Assembly: GCF_006345805.1 (NCBI RefSeq)
Contig: NC_043005.1
Coordinates: 90,210,001 to 90,274,000, forward strand
DNA length: 64,000 bases
Source: Octopus sinensis
Taxonomy: Eukaryota
Reading direction: 5' to 3'
In this document: piece by piece, positions 25,689 to 39,010 of the stretch
How the letters are laid out: every line of letters begins with the position of its first letter
Numbering within the stretch: position 1 is the first letter of the stretch
Notes under the pieces: generated by a model
Told to the model about the DNA's origin: nothing
The model's input: the letters and a program-made list of their open reading frames with translations, nothing else
Database searches by the model: none
Position numbers and translations under genes: made by a program

Positions 25689-27022
25689 CAGTTCTGTGCA
25701 AAAGTCTTTGGACACTTGAAACTATTGTAAATTTCTACTAATTGCCAACTTACAAGTGGCTGTTTCACATTATGTTTTTCACAGATGAAACATTGGCCCT
25801 GTTGGAGTCATTTCCATACCTAATCCTTATATTTTTTTGTAGGGGTTCTGAATGAGAGGGGAAGATGTGAGACGACCCACCAAAAATGGTGGTGCAAAAG
25901 TTTTCAGCCACTTCACATAAACCAATCAAGATAGTGTTTTCAAACGGAAAAAATGTCTGTAATGGAAATTTATTACATAATGTTCATTTCAAGAAGTTAC
26001 AGTACGTTGTTAATATTTCATGTGGTTTCCCTTGGCTTGAATAATTGCTTCAATGCACCTGGGAAGAGATGCGTACAAATCCTTCACCGTCTTCATCATT
26101 CTCTGTGGTTGTGCTCCCACAATTCTTCAAGATTCCGTGGATTCTTCTGACGAACTTCTCTCTTTAGTTCTGTCCACATTTGCTTGATGATATTTAAGTC
26201 AGGGCTCTGAGCTGGCCAATCTTTCAATACCATAACACCTTCATCACCCAGACTCTGTTGTGTTGCACTGTCATCCAAGTCTGCTATCAAATTGTCCTTC
26301 AGCAATTGTATTTGGCACTATTCAGGTTACAGTCAGTTTTAACCAACTTCCTTGAACCATCACTTTTTATGTATCCCCAAAGCATCAGACTCTTACCCCC
26401 AAACTTCACTGTTTTTGTCATGTAACATGGGTTGTTTTGCTTTCCCGAAAGCCTTCTGACAAATTCTCGCTTATGAGAAAGTGAAACAACTCTGACTTAA
26501 ATATCATCAAGCAAATGTGGACAGAACTAAAGAGAAGAGTTTGTCAGAAGAAATTCACGCACTCTTGAAGAGTTGTTAGAGCTCAGCCACAGAGAATGGT
26601 ATCTCATACCTGTGAAGATGGTGAAGGATTTGTATGCACCTCTTCCCAGGTACATTGAGACAATTATTCAAGCTAAGAGAAGCCATGCAAAATATTAACA
26701 ATGTACAGTAATTTCTTGAAATGAACATTATGTAACAAATTTTCATTATAGACATTTTACTGTTTTAAAACACTGTATCTTGACTGGTTAGGGTTTACTT
26801 GAGGTGGCCATAATCTTTTGCACAGCCATTTTTGGTGGTCGTCTCACATCTTCCCCTCTCATTCAGAACACCTACTACAAAATATGATTAAGTGTGGAAA
26901 TGACTCCAACAGGGCCAATGTTTCATGTGTAAAAAATGCAATGCAAAACATCCAAGTTAGCAATTAGTAGAAATTTACAATAGTTTCAATTTAAAGTGTC
27001 CAAAGACTTTTGCACGGTACTG
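25689..27022. mobile_element. Foldback Tc1 derivative with ~520-bp inverted arms and TA TSD
   Basis: TA|CAGTTCTGTGCAAAAGTCTTTGGACAC ... GTGTCCAAAGACTTTTGCACGGTACTG|TA; minus strand encodes KFGGKSLMLWG and WPAQSPDLNIIKQMW (Tc1 DD34E-type motif). Confidence 0.85.
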
Positions 27023-27830
27023 TAGATCTTTTTGATTCAGGTTGACTTTGGCAATTAAACAACAATGTCACACATATCAACTCTCACAGGCAGTTGTAAT
27101 ATTTCTCATCTAGTCTTTGGTTTCAGTTTCACAATAAGTCATCATCATTTAACAAGCATTTTCTATGCTGGCATGGGTTGAACAGCTTGACCAGAGCTAG
27201 TAAGCTGGAGAGCTGCACCAGGCTCCAGTTGTCTGCTTTGGTATGGTTCCTACGTCTCAATGCCCTCTCTAATGCCAACCACTTTACAGAGTGTGCTGGG
27301 AGCAATTTCATGTGGCACCAGCCTGGGTGCTTCTAAGTGACACTAGCACGGACACAGTTTACATAGTGCCAGCATGGGTGCATTTTATGTGGTGCCAGTG
27401 TGGGCGCTTTATTCATGGCACCAAGCACAGGTGCTTTATATGTGGCACCATTGTGAATGCTCTTTACATGAAACTACCATAATGATGTGTGTTAATAATC
27501 GCATAATTAACCACTCAGTAAATTATTGATTAACATAGCTGCAAGCATGGCTGTGTGGTTAAGACATTTGCTGTCCGATCATGTGGTTTTAGGTTCTCTT
27601 CCACAGTGTGGCACCATGAGCAAGTGTCTTCTACTATAGCCTTGAGTTGATCAAATCCTTGTGAGTGGATTTGGTAGACAGAAACTGAAAGAAGCCCATT
27701 GTGTAAAATGTGTTGTGTTATGTTTACATGTGTATCTGTAGAATAAAAATATGTTGATATCTTTTTATTTTAGGCACATGAATATAACTTTATACAGTTT
27801 AGCCACTTTTTAAAAATCATATTTCTGTCA

Positions 27831-28160
27831 AGGCGCATGGCTCAGTGGTTAGAGCATCGAGCTCACGATCGTGAGGTTGTGAGTTTGAATCCCAGACTGG
27901 GCTGTGTGCTGTGTTCTTGAGCAAGACACTTTATTTCACGTTGCTCCAGTTCACTCAGCTGTAGAAATGAGTTGCAACGTCATTGGTGCCAAGCTGTATT
28001 GGCCTTTGCCTTTCCCTTGGATAATAAGGTCAGTGGTGTGGAGAGAAGAGGCTGGTATGCATGGGTGACTGCTGGTCTTCCATAAACAACCTTGCCCGGA
28101 CTTGTGCCTGGGAGAGTAACTTTCTAGGTGCAATCCCATGGTCTGAGTCGTGACCGAAGG
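27831..28160 (+). mobile_element. tRNA-headed SINE (family D head, alternative tail)
   Basis: GGCGCATGGCTCAGTGGTTAGAGC A box and GAGTTTGAATCCC B box; tail shared with 12455-12595. Confidence 0.75.
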
Positions 28161-29156
28161 GGGTCTCAGATTTCTGTCAAAGACACTGCTTTTGTTTCAA
28201 TTGATTTTTGTGAAATAGTGAAGAATTTAGTTAAATAATTTTGTCATTATTAGACTGGTGTCTGGAATATTAATTAATATGAAGTATTGGTTTGAGATGG
28301 AAGGTTCTGATTTGGATTACTTTAAAACAGAAAGTTTGTGAAAATATTGAAGAATTTAGTGAAATATGTTTGTCATAAGTTAACTGGTATTTTCTAAGGT
28401 GATGAACCTGCAGAATCGTAATTGCATCAGAAAAAGTGTTTAGTGTCATTTCTTCCAGCTCTTTATGTTCAGAGTTCAAATTCTGCTGAGGCTGACTTTG
28501 CCTTTCATCCTTTCAGGGTTAAAGAAATAAGTACCAGTTAATCGACTTAAACCCTCCCCACAAATTTCAGGCCTTATACCTATAGTAGAAAGGATTATTG
28601 TTGTTGTTGTTGTTAGTGCTATTCAGGTGGCAAGTTGACAGAATCATTACTTAACTGGGCAAAACGCTTACTGACATTTCATCTGTCTTTGTACCTGTGT
28701 TCAAATTCTGCCAAGGTCAACTTTGCCTTTTGTCCTTTCAGGGTCAATAAAACAAGTACTAGTTGAGCCCTGGGGTTGATGTAATTAACTTATCCCCCCC
28801 CCATCAAATTGCTGGCCTTGTGTCAAAATTTGAAACCATTATTATTACTACTACTACTACTACTCTAGCAGCTGTGTTGAATGCCTAAAAGTTGAAGTAG
28901 CAACAGAAGGATTTGAACATAAAACTGATATGAATGTATTTTAAGAGAGAATGAAATGAGAAATGTGATATTCATACGCAACCCATGACCAAACAACGCC
29001 AACACTGTAAGTGAAGTGGAATCAGTGTAAGCTTTTTGCTACCAACCAACCTGAGACTGTTCCTGGTTCTATGGTACATGCTTTCTATTTTAAAGTGATC
29101 TAAATTAAAACCTTCCATCAAAATGCTGTGTTAATTATCTTCAAACAACTACTTAA

Positions 29157-29378
29157 CCCTTTCGTTACAAACCCGGCTGAAACCTGCTCTGGTTCTGTAG
29201 TACAAATGTCTTGTTTTCATAAGTTTTGAATTAAAATCTTCCACCAAACCTTAGTCACAATTTATGTTCCTCAGACTAGCTTAATGATAACTAAGCTATT
29301 TTACTAAATTCTTTGTTATATTTAAAATTAATTGAAAGAAACCCAGAGCATCTCAACAGAAATACAATAACAAAAGGG
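29157..29378. mobile_element. piggyBac-like MITE
   Basis: TTAA|CCCTTTCGTTAC ... TAACAAAAGGG|TTAA; decayed relatives near 29050, 29400, 52060 and 61540. Confidence 0.7.
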
Positions 29379-29849
29379 TTAATAACGAAAACAGTTGTTT
29401 TTCAAAATTCTTCATTATTTTCAAACTTAATTGAAACAATGATGGATTATTTCAACAGAAATACAGTTATGAAACAGTCAAGCAGAAACTGAACTCAACC
29501 ATCATAGTGGCCTGCTGGGAAGGTAGCTCTTGATTTATCATGTCTGCCACAACACATGCACAAATACACAAAATACATATCACTCCACAAAATGCACACA
29601 CTAGATTACTTATACACACACACACAAACTCCCACATGTACACACAGGCCCACATAATTTTAAGCTCGCCCACACATACATTCACATGTGATCTTTCCAT
29701 TCATACACATACACTCACACACACCATTCTCACATATACACACACACTTGTGCACCCTAGTTCAGCCAGCTCACTGTTATTATCTCCCTTTCACTCAGCC
29801 TCTTCCAGTCATTTCATCATGTTGAGCTATTAGTCCCTACACATTTTCT

Positions 29850-30170
29850 CTCTCTCCATTTTTCATTTCAATCCTTTCTGTTGAAGGGCATAGGCTCAAA
29901 ACATCAGAAACTTTTCCATTTTTCCCAAGGGGCAAATGATATACCTGCTTCTTGTGTTCTCTCACCTGTCTTTTTCTTTTGTTTTCTGTAAATTTGAACT
30001 ACATATATATATATATATATATAGGTGAAATTTATAGAAAAACAAAAGATGAAGACAGGTGTATTGAACAACAAGCAAGTGTATTAGTTTGACACTTGGG
30101 AAACTGAGAAAATTTTTTGTTTTGAGCCTTTGCTCTTCAACAGAAAGGAATAAAAGAAAATAGAGAGAAT
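29850..30170. mobile_element. Two tail-to-tail Penelope-type terminal repeats around (TA)n, with decayed CUGUUGA hammerheads
   Basis: CTTTCTGTTGAAGGGCATAGGCTC at 29874-29897 and the reverse complement of CTTTCTGTTGAAGAGCAAAGGCTC at 30124-30147; homologous to 59135-59270. Confidence 0.6.
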
Positions 30171-30188
30171 GGCAATCAAGCTATATAT

Positions 30189-30219
<31 letters not shown>

Positions 30220-32830
30220 GGCCTGGAAGAACGGTGGTAGCAGGGAAGTGTATCAGACTGCCAGAAGGAAAGCTAGGAGACAGGTCTATCTAGCCAGAGG
30301 GGAAGCAGATAAGAAAAAATTTGCCAATGTCCTGCGCCGTGGGGATGAAAGACTTGAGGTATTTCGTGTTGCAAGACAGTGTGTGAGAGAGAATCGTGAC
30401 GTGGTAGGAGAGAAATGTGTTCGCAAGGATGACGGTTCACTTGCACTAAATGAGGATGCAAAGAGAGAGGCTTGGAGACGCCACTATGAAAGGCTGCTGA
30501 ATGAGGAAAATGAATGGGATAAAGAGAGTCTGCCGAATGTCGACCCAACAGAGGGACCAGCAATCCGAGTTAACAGTTCCTTAGTAGTTAAGGCAATTAC
30601 AAGCATGAAAACAGGGAAAGCCCCAGGCCCATCAGGAATTACTGCAGAGATGCTCAAAATATCTGGTAGTGTCGGCTATAGCATAGTCACCCGTATAGTT
30701 AACCAGGTCATACACGAAGGAGTCATACCCAATGACTGGTGTAGCAGCATAATAGTCAACTGCTACAAAGGTAAAGGTGACGCCCTAGATACAAATAACT
30801 ACAGGGGCATCAAGCTGCTGGATCAGGTAATGAAGGTTACGGAGAGGGTTATAGCCCAATTAATTAGAGAGAGAGTTAGCTTAGATGAGATGCAGTTTGG
30901 GTTCGTGCCAGGGAAAAGTACTACTGATGCTATATTCCTGGTAAGACAGCTGCAGGAGAAATACCTAGCCAAAGATAAGCCCCTGTACCTGGCTTTGTTG
31001 ACATGGAGAAAGCCTTTGACAGGGTCCCCCGATCCCTTATCTGGTGGTCAATGAGAAAACTACGGATAGATGAATGGTTAGTGAGAGCTGTGCGAGCCAT
31101 GTACAGAGACGCTGCTAGTAAGGTGAGGGTTGGCAACGAGTATAGTGAAGAATTCCGGGTAGAGGTTGGGGTCCACCAAGGTTCAGTCCTCAGTCCCCTC
31201 CTATTTATCATAGTCCTCCAGGCAATAACGGAGGAATTCAAGACAGGATGCCCCTGGGAGCTCCTCTATGCTGATGACCTTGCTCTAATTGCTGAGTCAC
31301 TATCAGAAGTGGAGGAGAAGTTTCAGGTGTGGAAACAAGGATTAGAATCGAAGGGCCTTAGAATCAACCTAGCCAAAACCAAAGTCCTAATAAGTAGGAA
31401 GGTGGACCAATCACAAACGACTTCAGGTAGATGGCCCTGCTCGATCTGTAAAAAAGGTGTAGGTAGAAACTCTATAAGGTGCACCAAGTGTAAGCTATGG
31501 ACACATAAGAGGTGCAGCAATGTCAAAGGAAGGCTAACTAGGAAAATAGTTTTTGTCTGTGGCAGATGCTCAGGAGCAATAAACACTGGAAATGTGCAGA
31601 GACCAACTTCTACCACGTTCCAGGGAGACAAACTAGAAGTAGTTGATAGCTTCCGCTACCTAGGTGACCAAGTCAGGAGCGGGGGTGGGTGTGCTGAAAG
31701 TGTAACGGCTAGAGTAAGAATAGCCTGGGCAAAGTTTAGAGAGCTCTTACCACTGCTGGTGACAAAAGGCCTCTCGCTCAGAGTAAAAGGCAGACTGTAT
31801 GATGCATGTGTACGTACAGCCATGCTACATGGTAGTGAAACATGGGCCGTGACTGCTGAGGATATGCGTAAGCTCGCAAGAAATGAAGCCAGTATGCTCC
31901 GATGGATGTGTAATGTCAGTGTTCATAATCGACAGAGTGTAAGTACCTTGAGAGAAAAGTTGAACCTAAGAAGCATCAGTTGTGGTGTGCAAGAGAGACG
32001 GCTGCGCTGGTATGGTCATGTGACGAGAATGGCTGAAGATAGTTGTGTGCAAAAGTGCTACACCCTAGCAGTTGAGGGAACCTGTGGAAGAAGTAGACCC
32101 AGGAAAACCTGGGACGAGGTGGTGAAGCACGACCTTCGAACTTTAGGTCTCACCAAGGAAATGACTAGAGACCGAGACCTATGGAAGTATGCTGTGCGTG
32201 AGAAGACCCGGCAAGACTAGTGAGGCCATAACCCGTGGCTCCTACCTGGGACATAGTCAGTCCACCTGTGCATACCTTCCTTCTTGTGACACTTGTGAAG
32301 ACCTGTTGAGGCAAGTGAAAATCAAACCAAATCAAAATAGATGAACATCAATGGAATTTGTATCTTTGTGGTACCATCCGACTGGCCTCCGTGCTGTGGG
32401 CACATAACAAACATCATCTGATCGTGGCCGTTCGCCAGCCTCGTCTGGCACCTGTGTCGGTGGCACATAAAAAAACACCATCCAAGCGTGGCCGTTCGCC
32501 AGCCTCGTCTGGCACCTGTGTCGGTGGCACATAAAAAACACCATCCGAGCGTGGCCGTCTGCCAGCCTCGTCTGGCACCTGTGTCAGTGGCACATAAAAA
32601 ACACCATCCGAGCGTGGCCATTCGCCAGCCTCGTCTGGCACCTGTGTCGGTGGCACATAAAATCACCCACTACACTCTCGGAGTAGTTGGCGTTAGGAAG
32701 GGCATCCAGCTGTAGAAACACTGCCAGATCTGACTGGCCTGGTGCAGCCTTCAGGCTCCCGAGACCCCAGTTGAACCGTCCAACCCATGCTAGCATGGAA
32801 AACGGACATTAAACGATGATGATGATGATG
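30220..32830 (+). mobile_element. 5'-truncated RTE-clade LINE; RT nearly intact with embedded PHD finger; long 3' UTR and (GAT)n tail
   Basis: ORFs 30248-31054 and 31003-32220 differ by one frameshift near 30995; motifs NNYRGIKLL, QFGF, DMEKAFDRV, HQGSVLSPLLF, LYADDL, FRYLG and RLRWYGHV. Confidence 0.92.
32423..32662 (+). repeat. Four ~63-bp tandem repeats in the RTE 3' UTR
   Basis: CGTGGCC recurs at 32423, 32487, 32550 and 32613. Confidence 0.95.
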
Positions 32831-33163
32831 ATATATATATATATATTGGCCTGCTCGCTTAGCCAGCGGGGTGGCGTCATTTAAGGCTAAAACAATGTGA
32901 AGTGCATTGTGACCAGCGATGTGTAGCAACATCTGATGGTCTGGTCGATCATATTTCCTGAGCGCCATACTAATACAATTGTTTGTTTGTATTCCACCTG
33001 CCTTCGTCTTTTGTTTATTTCCGTAAACCTGCCTTCGTCTTTTGTCTATTTTCATAAAGCTTCCCGTTATATATATATATATATACACATATATATATAT
33101 ACACACATACATATATATATATACACACATACATATATATATATACACACATACATATATATA

Positions 33164-33208
<45 letters not shown>

Positions 33209-33252
33209 ATACATACATACATATACATACATACATACATAAATAAAAATAT

Positions 33253-33308
<56 letters not shown>

Positions 33309-33526
33309 AGTGTGTGTATCTAATCAAGTGGTAATCTGCTCTTGGGCAGGTCCAGTGCATATGAACCTTCTCCACCATTCTTTATATGATATGGAAGGGC
33401 CTGTTCCCTTTTCTGCCACCATTAAGTAGATTAATGGAACTTTGGCTACCATCACTAGAACACTGGAGTGATGTCCTGTTGCCTTCTCCAGCCAGGTAGA
33501 ATTTGAATTCAGAATATAGAGTCAGA

Positions 33527-33765
33527 ATTCTGTTGTGTTTGGGGAGAGTCATTTTCTTTTTGTGCCTTATAATGTAACAAACTCACCGGTAAAATTTCCC
33601 CTTTTTTCTTATTTTTATTTTCCTAAAATTTCCATTGCGTCTTGCAACCTTTTCAATAGTTTTGATTCTGAGGAAAATAAAAATAAGAAATAAGTGGAAA
33701 TTTTACCGGTGAGTGTGTTACGTTATAAGGCACAAAAAGAAAATGACTCCCCAGACACAACAGAA
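33527..33765. mobile_element. Palindromic MITE-like element (~98-bp arms)
   Basis: 33527-33624 is the near reverse complement of 33671-33765. Confidence 0.7.
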
Positions 33766-35091
33766 TATGCTTCAACACACGGACTCATATGAAGAATCTT
33801 GCAAACCAAATCACAAAATGAAATAGAGTCAGAAGATATACTGTAAAGCCAATGCACCAACAATTCTGCCACTCTCCCACCCACAGAGTGTGTGTGTGTG
33901 TGTGTGAGTGCATACATATATTTGTGGATGTGTGCCTGCATGTGTGTGTGTGTCCTTGTGACATCATATGGCAGGTGTAAGTGTTACTGTCATAAGAGTG
34001 GTGTCAATGATTTCTAGTTTCCTGTGAAAAACATGACTGGTCAAGGAGACACAGTATCTTTGTATAATTAACAATCCTGATCATATTTAGATTCAGAATT
34101 TGGTAGGAAGACATTATTCCAGTGTTGTATTGGCTGAGGGTACCTCTGCTTCTGACAACCATCAACCTTGCAGAGTGCATTGCTTTAACCCAATTATCTG
34201 CAAATGTTTCTTCCACGAACCAATGAAAGGGCTCTCTTTGTACTGGTGGTTGTTTAGTCCCAGGTGATCAGATGAAAGATAGCTAAAAACTATATTCAGT
34301 GTGTCCTTCCTCCTTTTAAGATGGCAAGTTATGATACGAAAGACATTTGTCAGCTATATCGAGAGTAAAATCTCCCAGTGTTTTGATTGGCTAAACATTG
34401 CAGCCAAATATTCTTAAATCGGACACACGTGTTTCAAAAAAGGAAGGACACATTGAATAATAAGGTAGCCTTAGTCATATGGAAAGACAGGATGGTCGTG
34501 GCTGGAATTTTGTTTGATCTTGGATCTGTTCAACCAGGGATGATCTCTAGCAGGTTGAATGACTGCTAAACATAACAGCCAAATCTTCCTCAAATTACAC
34601 TCTACTGTTTTAAAAAATGAAGCACAAATTGGATAATAAATTAGTCCTTGAGATACATGTGAAAAGACAGGATAGTCATGGCTGGAATAAAATCACAAGT
34701 CTGCTAAATCAGGGTTCATTAGGGGCTAAATAATGACAAATAAAGGTCTCTGTTCATTTAATATGACAGGTGACCCTATACAAAGTAGGACCCTGCCATT
34801 AGAATAAAAGAAGAGAGATTTAGATAATAACATCCCTGAATATACAATATCAGCGAAAACAATAGGGGACAGCCTCTCCTTTATTCCTTTAAAAAAATCA
34901 TTTGTTTAATTTCACTCATGATCGTTTGAGCAAATTTAGATTTAAATGTGTGTCTGTGTGTCAGCGTGTATATATGCACGGACACCCACACATATATGTA
35001 TATATACTATATATATACATATAATATAAACACACACACACACATCATATAGGCATGTGTTATACAAGTGTACATTTGGGCATATGTGTGA

Positions 35092-35142
<51 letters not shown>

Positions 35143-35469
35143 TATGTGTGTGTATGTATGTATTTTTGTTTAAGTTACTGGCACTGACAACATTTATTAG
35201 TCAACTATGAAACTCCTGTTGACATTAGCTCCTGCTTATTTTATATAATAGAGAATATATAAAGGAGGAGCTGGTGTGAATAATTTAGGGGTTTGTCTTA
35301 TTTGAGTTATTTATTTTACTGCATTTTTGTTTTTGTGAAAATCCAGTCAATATCAAATTGATGTTGAGTCAATTGTTTTGGAACAATCAGTCAGTATGGC
35401 CCAGTATTTATTCTCTGCATGATTCTATTGAGGTCTTGTCTGATCAAGAAGTAGTTTTATTGACTAAGC

Positions 35470-35880
35470 ACAATATCACAGATAGATGGATAGAGATAGA
35501 TACATAGATAGCAAGAGATATAAAAGATAAGCAGATAGGTACATGGACAGACAGATGGACAGATAGAGGGATTGATAGAGATTGATGGATGAACAGACAG
35601 ACAGACAGACAGACAGATAGATAGATAGATAGATAGATAGGTAGGTAGGTCCAACCCGTGCTAGCAAGGAAAACGGAGGTTAAAAGATGATTATGAAGAT
35701 GATGATAGATAGATAGATATAGATAGATAGATAGATAGATAGGCAGACAGATAGATAGATAGATAGATAGATAGGCAGACAGATAGATAGATAGGCAGAC
35801 AGATAGATAGATAGATAGATAGGCAGACAGATAGATAGATAGATAGGCAGACAGATAGATAGATAGATAGATAGGCAGAC

Positions 35881-35952
<72 letters not shown>

Positions 35953-36010
35953 GGATGGATAGATAGATAGATAGACAGACAGAGAAAGATAGATGAATGG
36001 ATACAGAGAA
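35470..36010. repeat. (GATA)n/(GGCA) microsatellite containing an RTE tail stub
   Basis: Direct reading. Confidence 0.92.
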
Positions 36011-36728
36011 AGGCAGAAGATACATAGATAGCCAGAAAGACATCTCAATATATAGAATGATAGAGAAACAAATAGAAAGACAGAATGATGCATGCTTGCA
36101 TGCACTGATGCATACATGTATGGATGGATGGGTGCATTGGTGAAATACATGTATAATGGAAAGAAATTGCTAGCAGATTGGTGCATCAAACAATAATGCA
36201 TTATGGTATTTATTCTACTTGATTCTGCACAGACAATTCCTTGTGCTCCTCGTCATCTGAAAGGCAGTGAACCATTGATTGTTTGTCCAGTTAGAAACCT
36301 TTAACCAATAGAACTATTACTCACAAATTACAAAATTTAAAATAAATTTCCCTTAAATCACCCTCTACAGTCTTGTAAAGAACTGAAATAAATTTAGACA
36401 TTATGGAGCCCCACTGTAAGTTAAATAAGAATGTAAACACATTGTTTCCATGCTGTTGATGTACAGGAAACAAGAGAGCAAGGGAGTTTCCTGACTGAAT
36501 GTTTCATGGTTTGTTGACTGCTCCTTAGGGAAAACACACCTAGTTTCCTTCCCAAATCAGTAGCATAGATCAGCTGATATTTTAAAAAGCAATCATGAAT
36601 TAGACTACCACCATGCTGAATAGCCTAATTTGCATATTGGTACTCTTGGCAACTGGTCGCTAATAAAACAGATCTCTTTATGTAAACCAGAACTGGAATA
36701 AATTTTATGATTACAAAGTCTCACACTT

Positions 36729-36962
36729 ACTCTCTTTACTCTTTTACTTGTTTCAGTTATTTGACTGTGGCCATGCTGGAGCACCACCTTTAGTCGAGCA
36801 AATCGACCCCAGGACTTATTCTTTGTAAGCCTAGTACTTATTTTATCGGTCTCCTTTCGCTGAACCGCTAAGTTACGGGGACGTAAACACATCAGCATCG
36901 GTTGTCAAGTGATGTTGGGGAGACAAACACAGACGCACAAATGTATACACACACACACACAC

Positions 36963-36999
<37 letters not shown>

Positions 37000-37159
37000 T
37001 ACAATGGGCTTCTTTTCAGTCTCCGTCTACCAAATCCACTCACAAGGCTTTGGTCAGCCTGAGGCTATAGTAGAAGACACTTGCCCAAGGTGCCACACAG
37101 TGGGACTGAACCCGGAACCATGTGGTTGGTAAGCTAGCTACTTACCACACGGCCACTCC
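36729..37159 (-). mobile_element. SINE family A
   Basis: Full match to the other copies. Confidence 0.88.
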
Positions 37160-38039
37160 TTGGTGAATTGTCTTTAAAAAAAACTACATTGAGTAGTGTA
37201 GTCCTAGATACACTATGTCTTAAACCAGGATAAGATAGATGGTTATGGTTAGAATACCATGGGCTTAAACAATATCTAGAAAGAAGAAGGAAGAGAAGGA
37301 ATGCTGCAATGTTTATGACCTTTCTTAAAGATTTACTGAAATAAGTGCAGTCAAAGTGCTCCAGCTTGGAATTGAAATCATCTTGTAAGCTTGACTAAGT
37401 GGGAGTTACTCATTCTAGAGAGATACCTAGGGAAGGAATTTAGTTATAATCTTATGTACTGTTATGTATTTATATATTGCTCAAAAAACCCCACTCTTCT
37501 ATAACTTTCCCTCATTAAGGAAATCGAAACACTCACGATCAGTAACAGTAATCACTTTGCTGAAGTAACAGACTGAGTTGCGTGTTAGTTCAGCTAGCTA
37601 CTCTGAAGATATGAAACAGAAAGTGGATGACAGAGAGAGAAGAAGGGGAGAGAGAGTCTTCTAAAAGGATAGTTAGTGCTTATGACTTTATCAGGGTGCT
37701 TGAGACTGGTTACTAAAAGGGGAGCAAGTTATCCTAAGGCTAGAGACCTGGATTCTTGCAACAAAGTGGACCTTATTATACACACACCTGGAGTAAGTGG
37801 TGGTGTTAAACGGAACTATTATTTAAGCCCGTCAACCCAAAACTGTTCCCAGCAACCACATTTCACTTGCAAGGCTTTAAATCTAGACAATAGTCTAAGG
37901 CATACTTAAGAAACTGCCTTAGACTATTGTCTAGATACAGTGGAGTTGAATCCCAAATGATGTAAATGTGAAGAGAACTTTTTAACCACACACCTACACT
38001 TGTACACATTTGAAAGATATTCATTAAAGTTAATAAATA

Positions 38040-38265
38040 TTGGGTTGTCCGGAAAGTTTGTGCCAATTTTATAGTAGCTTACCTATCAACTTACCCTCCC
38101 AGGCACCTCAATTCTGGGAAGAGGGTATTTTCAAGTTAAAGGAAAGATGGAGACGCATTGTGCAACAAAATGGCTTATATTTGGTTAATTAAAAATGTAA
38201 TGGCAAGTATTTATTGACCTTTTTCTTTCCTTTAAAAATCGGCAGGAACTTCTCAGACGACCCAA
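38040..38265. mobile_element. Mariner-derived MITE
   Basis: TA|TTGGGTTGTCCGGAAAGTTTGTGCCAATTTT ... AAAATCGGCAGGAACTTCTCAGACGACCCAA|TA. Confidence 0.75.
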
Positions 38266-38679
38266 TACATGAGAGCTGATGGGGAAAACAACTGTGTATC
38301 AAATAAAATTCTGGCTACATTTTATCAATTTGCAAGGTTACTTTGATTGAACTTTGCCCAGTTTATTTCTTTATTCTGAAGCAATAAGAGGTGGAAATTG
38401 AAGTTAAATTCAACAAAATTTGAACTAAAATACAAATGTTTATGCTTTATGCGAACTATTGGTTTCAAATTTTGGCACAAGGCCAGCAATTTCAAGGAAG
38501 GGATATGTTGGTTACATCGATCCCCCCTAGTACTCAACTGGTACTTATTTTATCAACCCCCAAAAGGATGAAAGGCAAAGTCAACCTTGGTAACATTTGA
38601 ATTCAGAACATAAAGATAGAAAAAAATGCTAGGGGTGCTTTTTGAACAACAACAACAACAACAACAACACCAGCAGCAG

Positions 38680-39010
38680 CAATGGCCCAATGGTTAGGGC
38701 AGCGGACTTGTGGTCAGAGGATCGCGGTTTCGATTCCCAGACCAGGCGTTGTGTGTGTTTATTGAGCGAAAACACCCAAAAGCTCCACAAAGCTCCAGCA
38801 GGGGGTGGTGGCGACCCCTGCTGTACTCTTTCACTCCAACTTTCTCTCACTCTTTCTTCCTGTTTCTTGTCCCTGACTTCCTACACAACTGCTGAGCCTG
38901 GATGCGCATTCATCCATCCGTCAACTCTTGGTGTTGGAGGTTGACCTGCTTTCTCTTCTGCGGGTCTTACGAATAGCAAAGGACCACGTTTCGGACTTCT
39001 CCCACTGCTC
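38680..39010 (+). mobile_element. tRNA-headed SINE family E (relative at 57500-57795)
   Basis: ATGGCCCAATGGTTAGGGCAGCGGAC..GGTTTCGATTCCCAGAC head shared with 57509-57580. Confidence 0.7.

Noticed and set aside
32423-32662. Regularly spaced repeats resembling a CRISPR array
   Set aside because: Units are contiguous with no unique spacers, lie in a LINE 3' UTR, and no cas genes are present.
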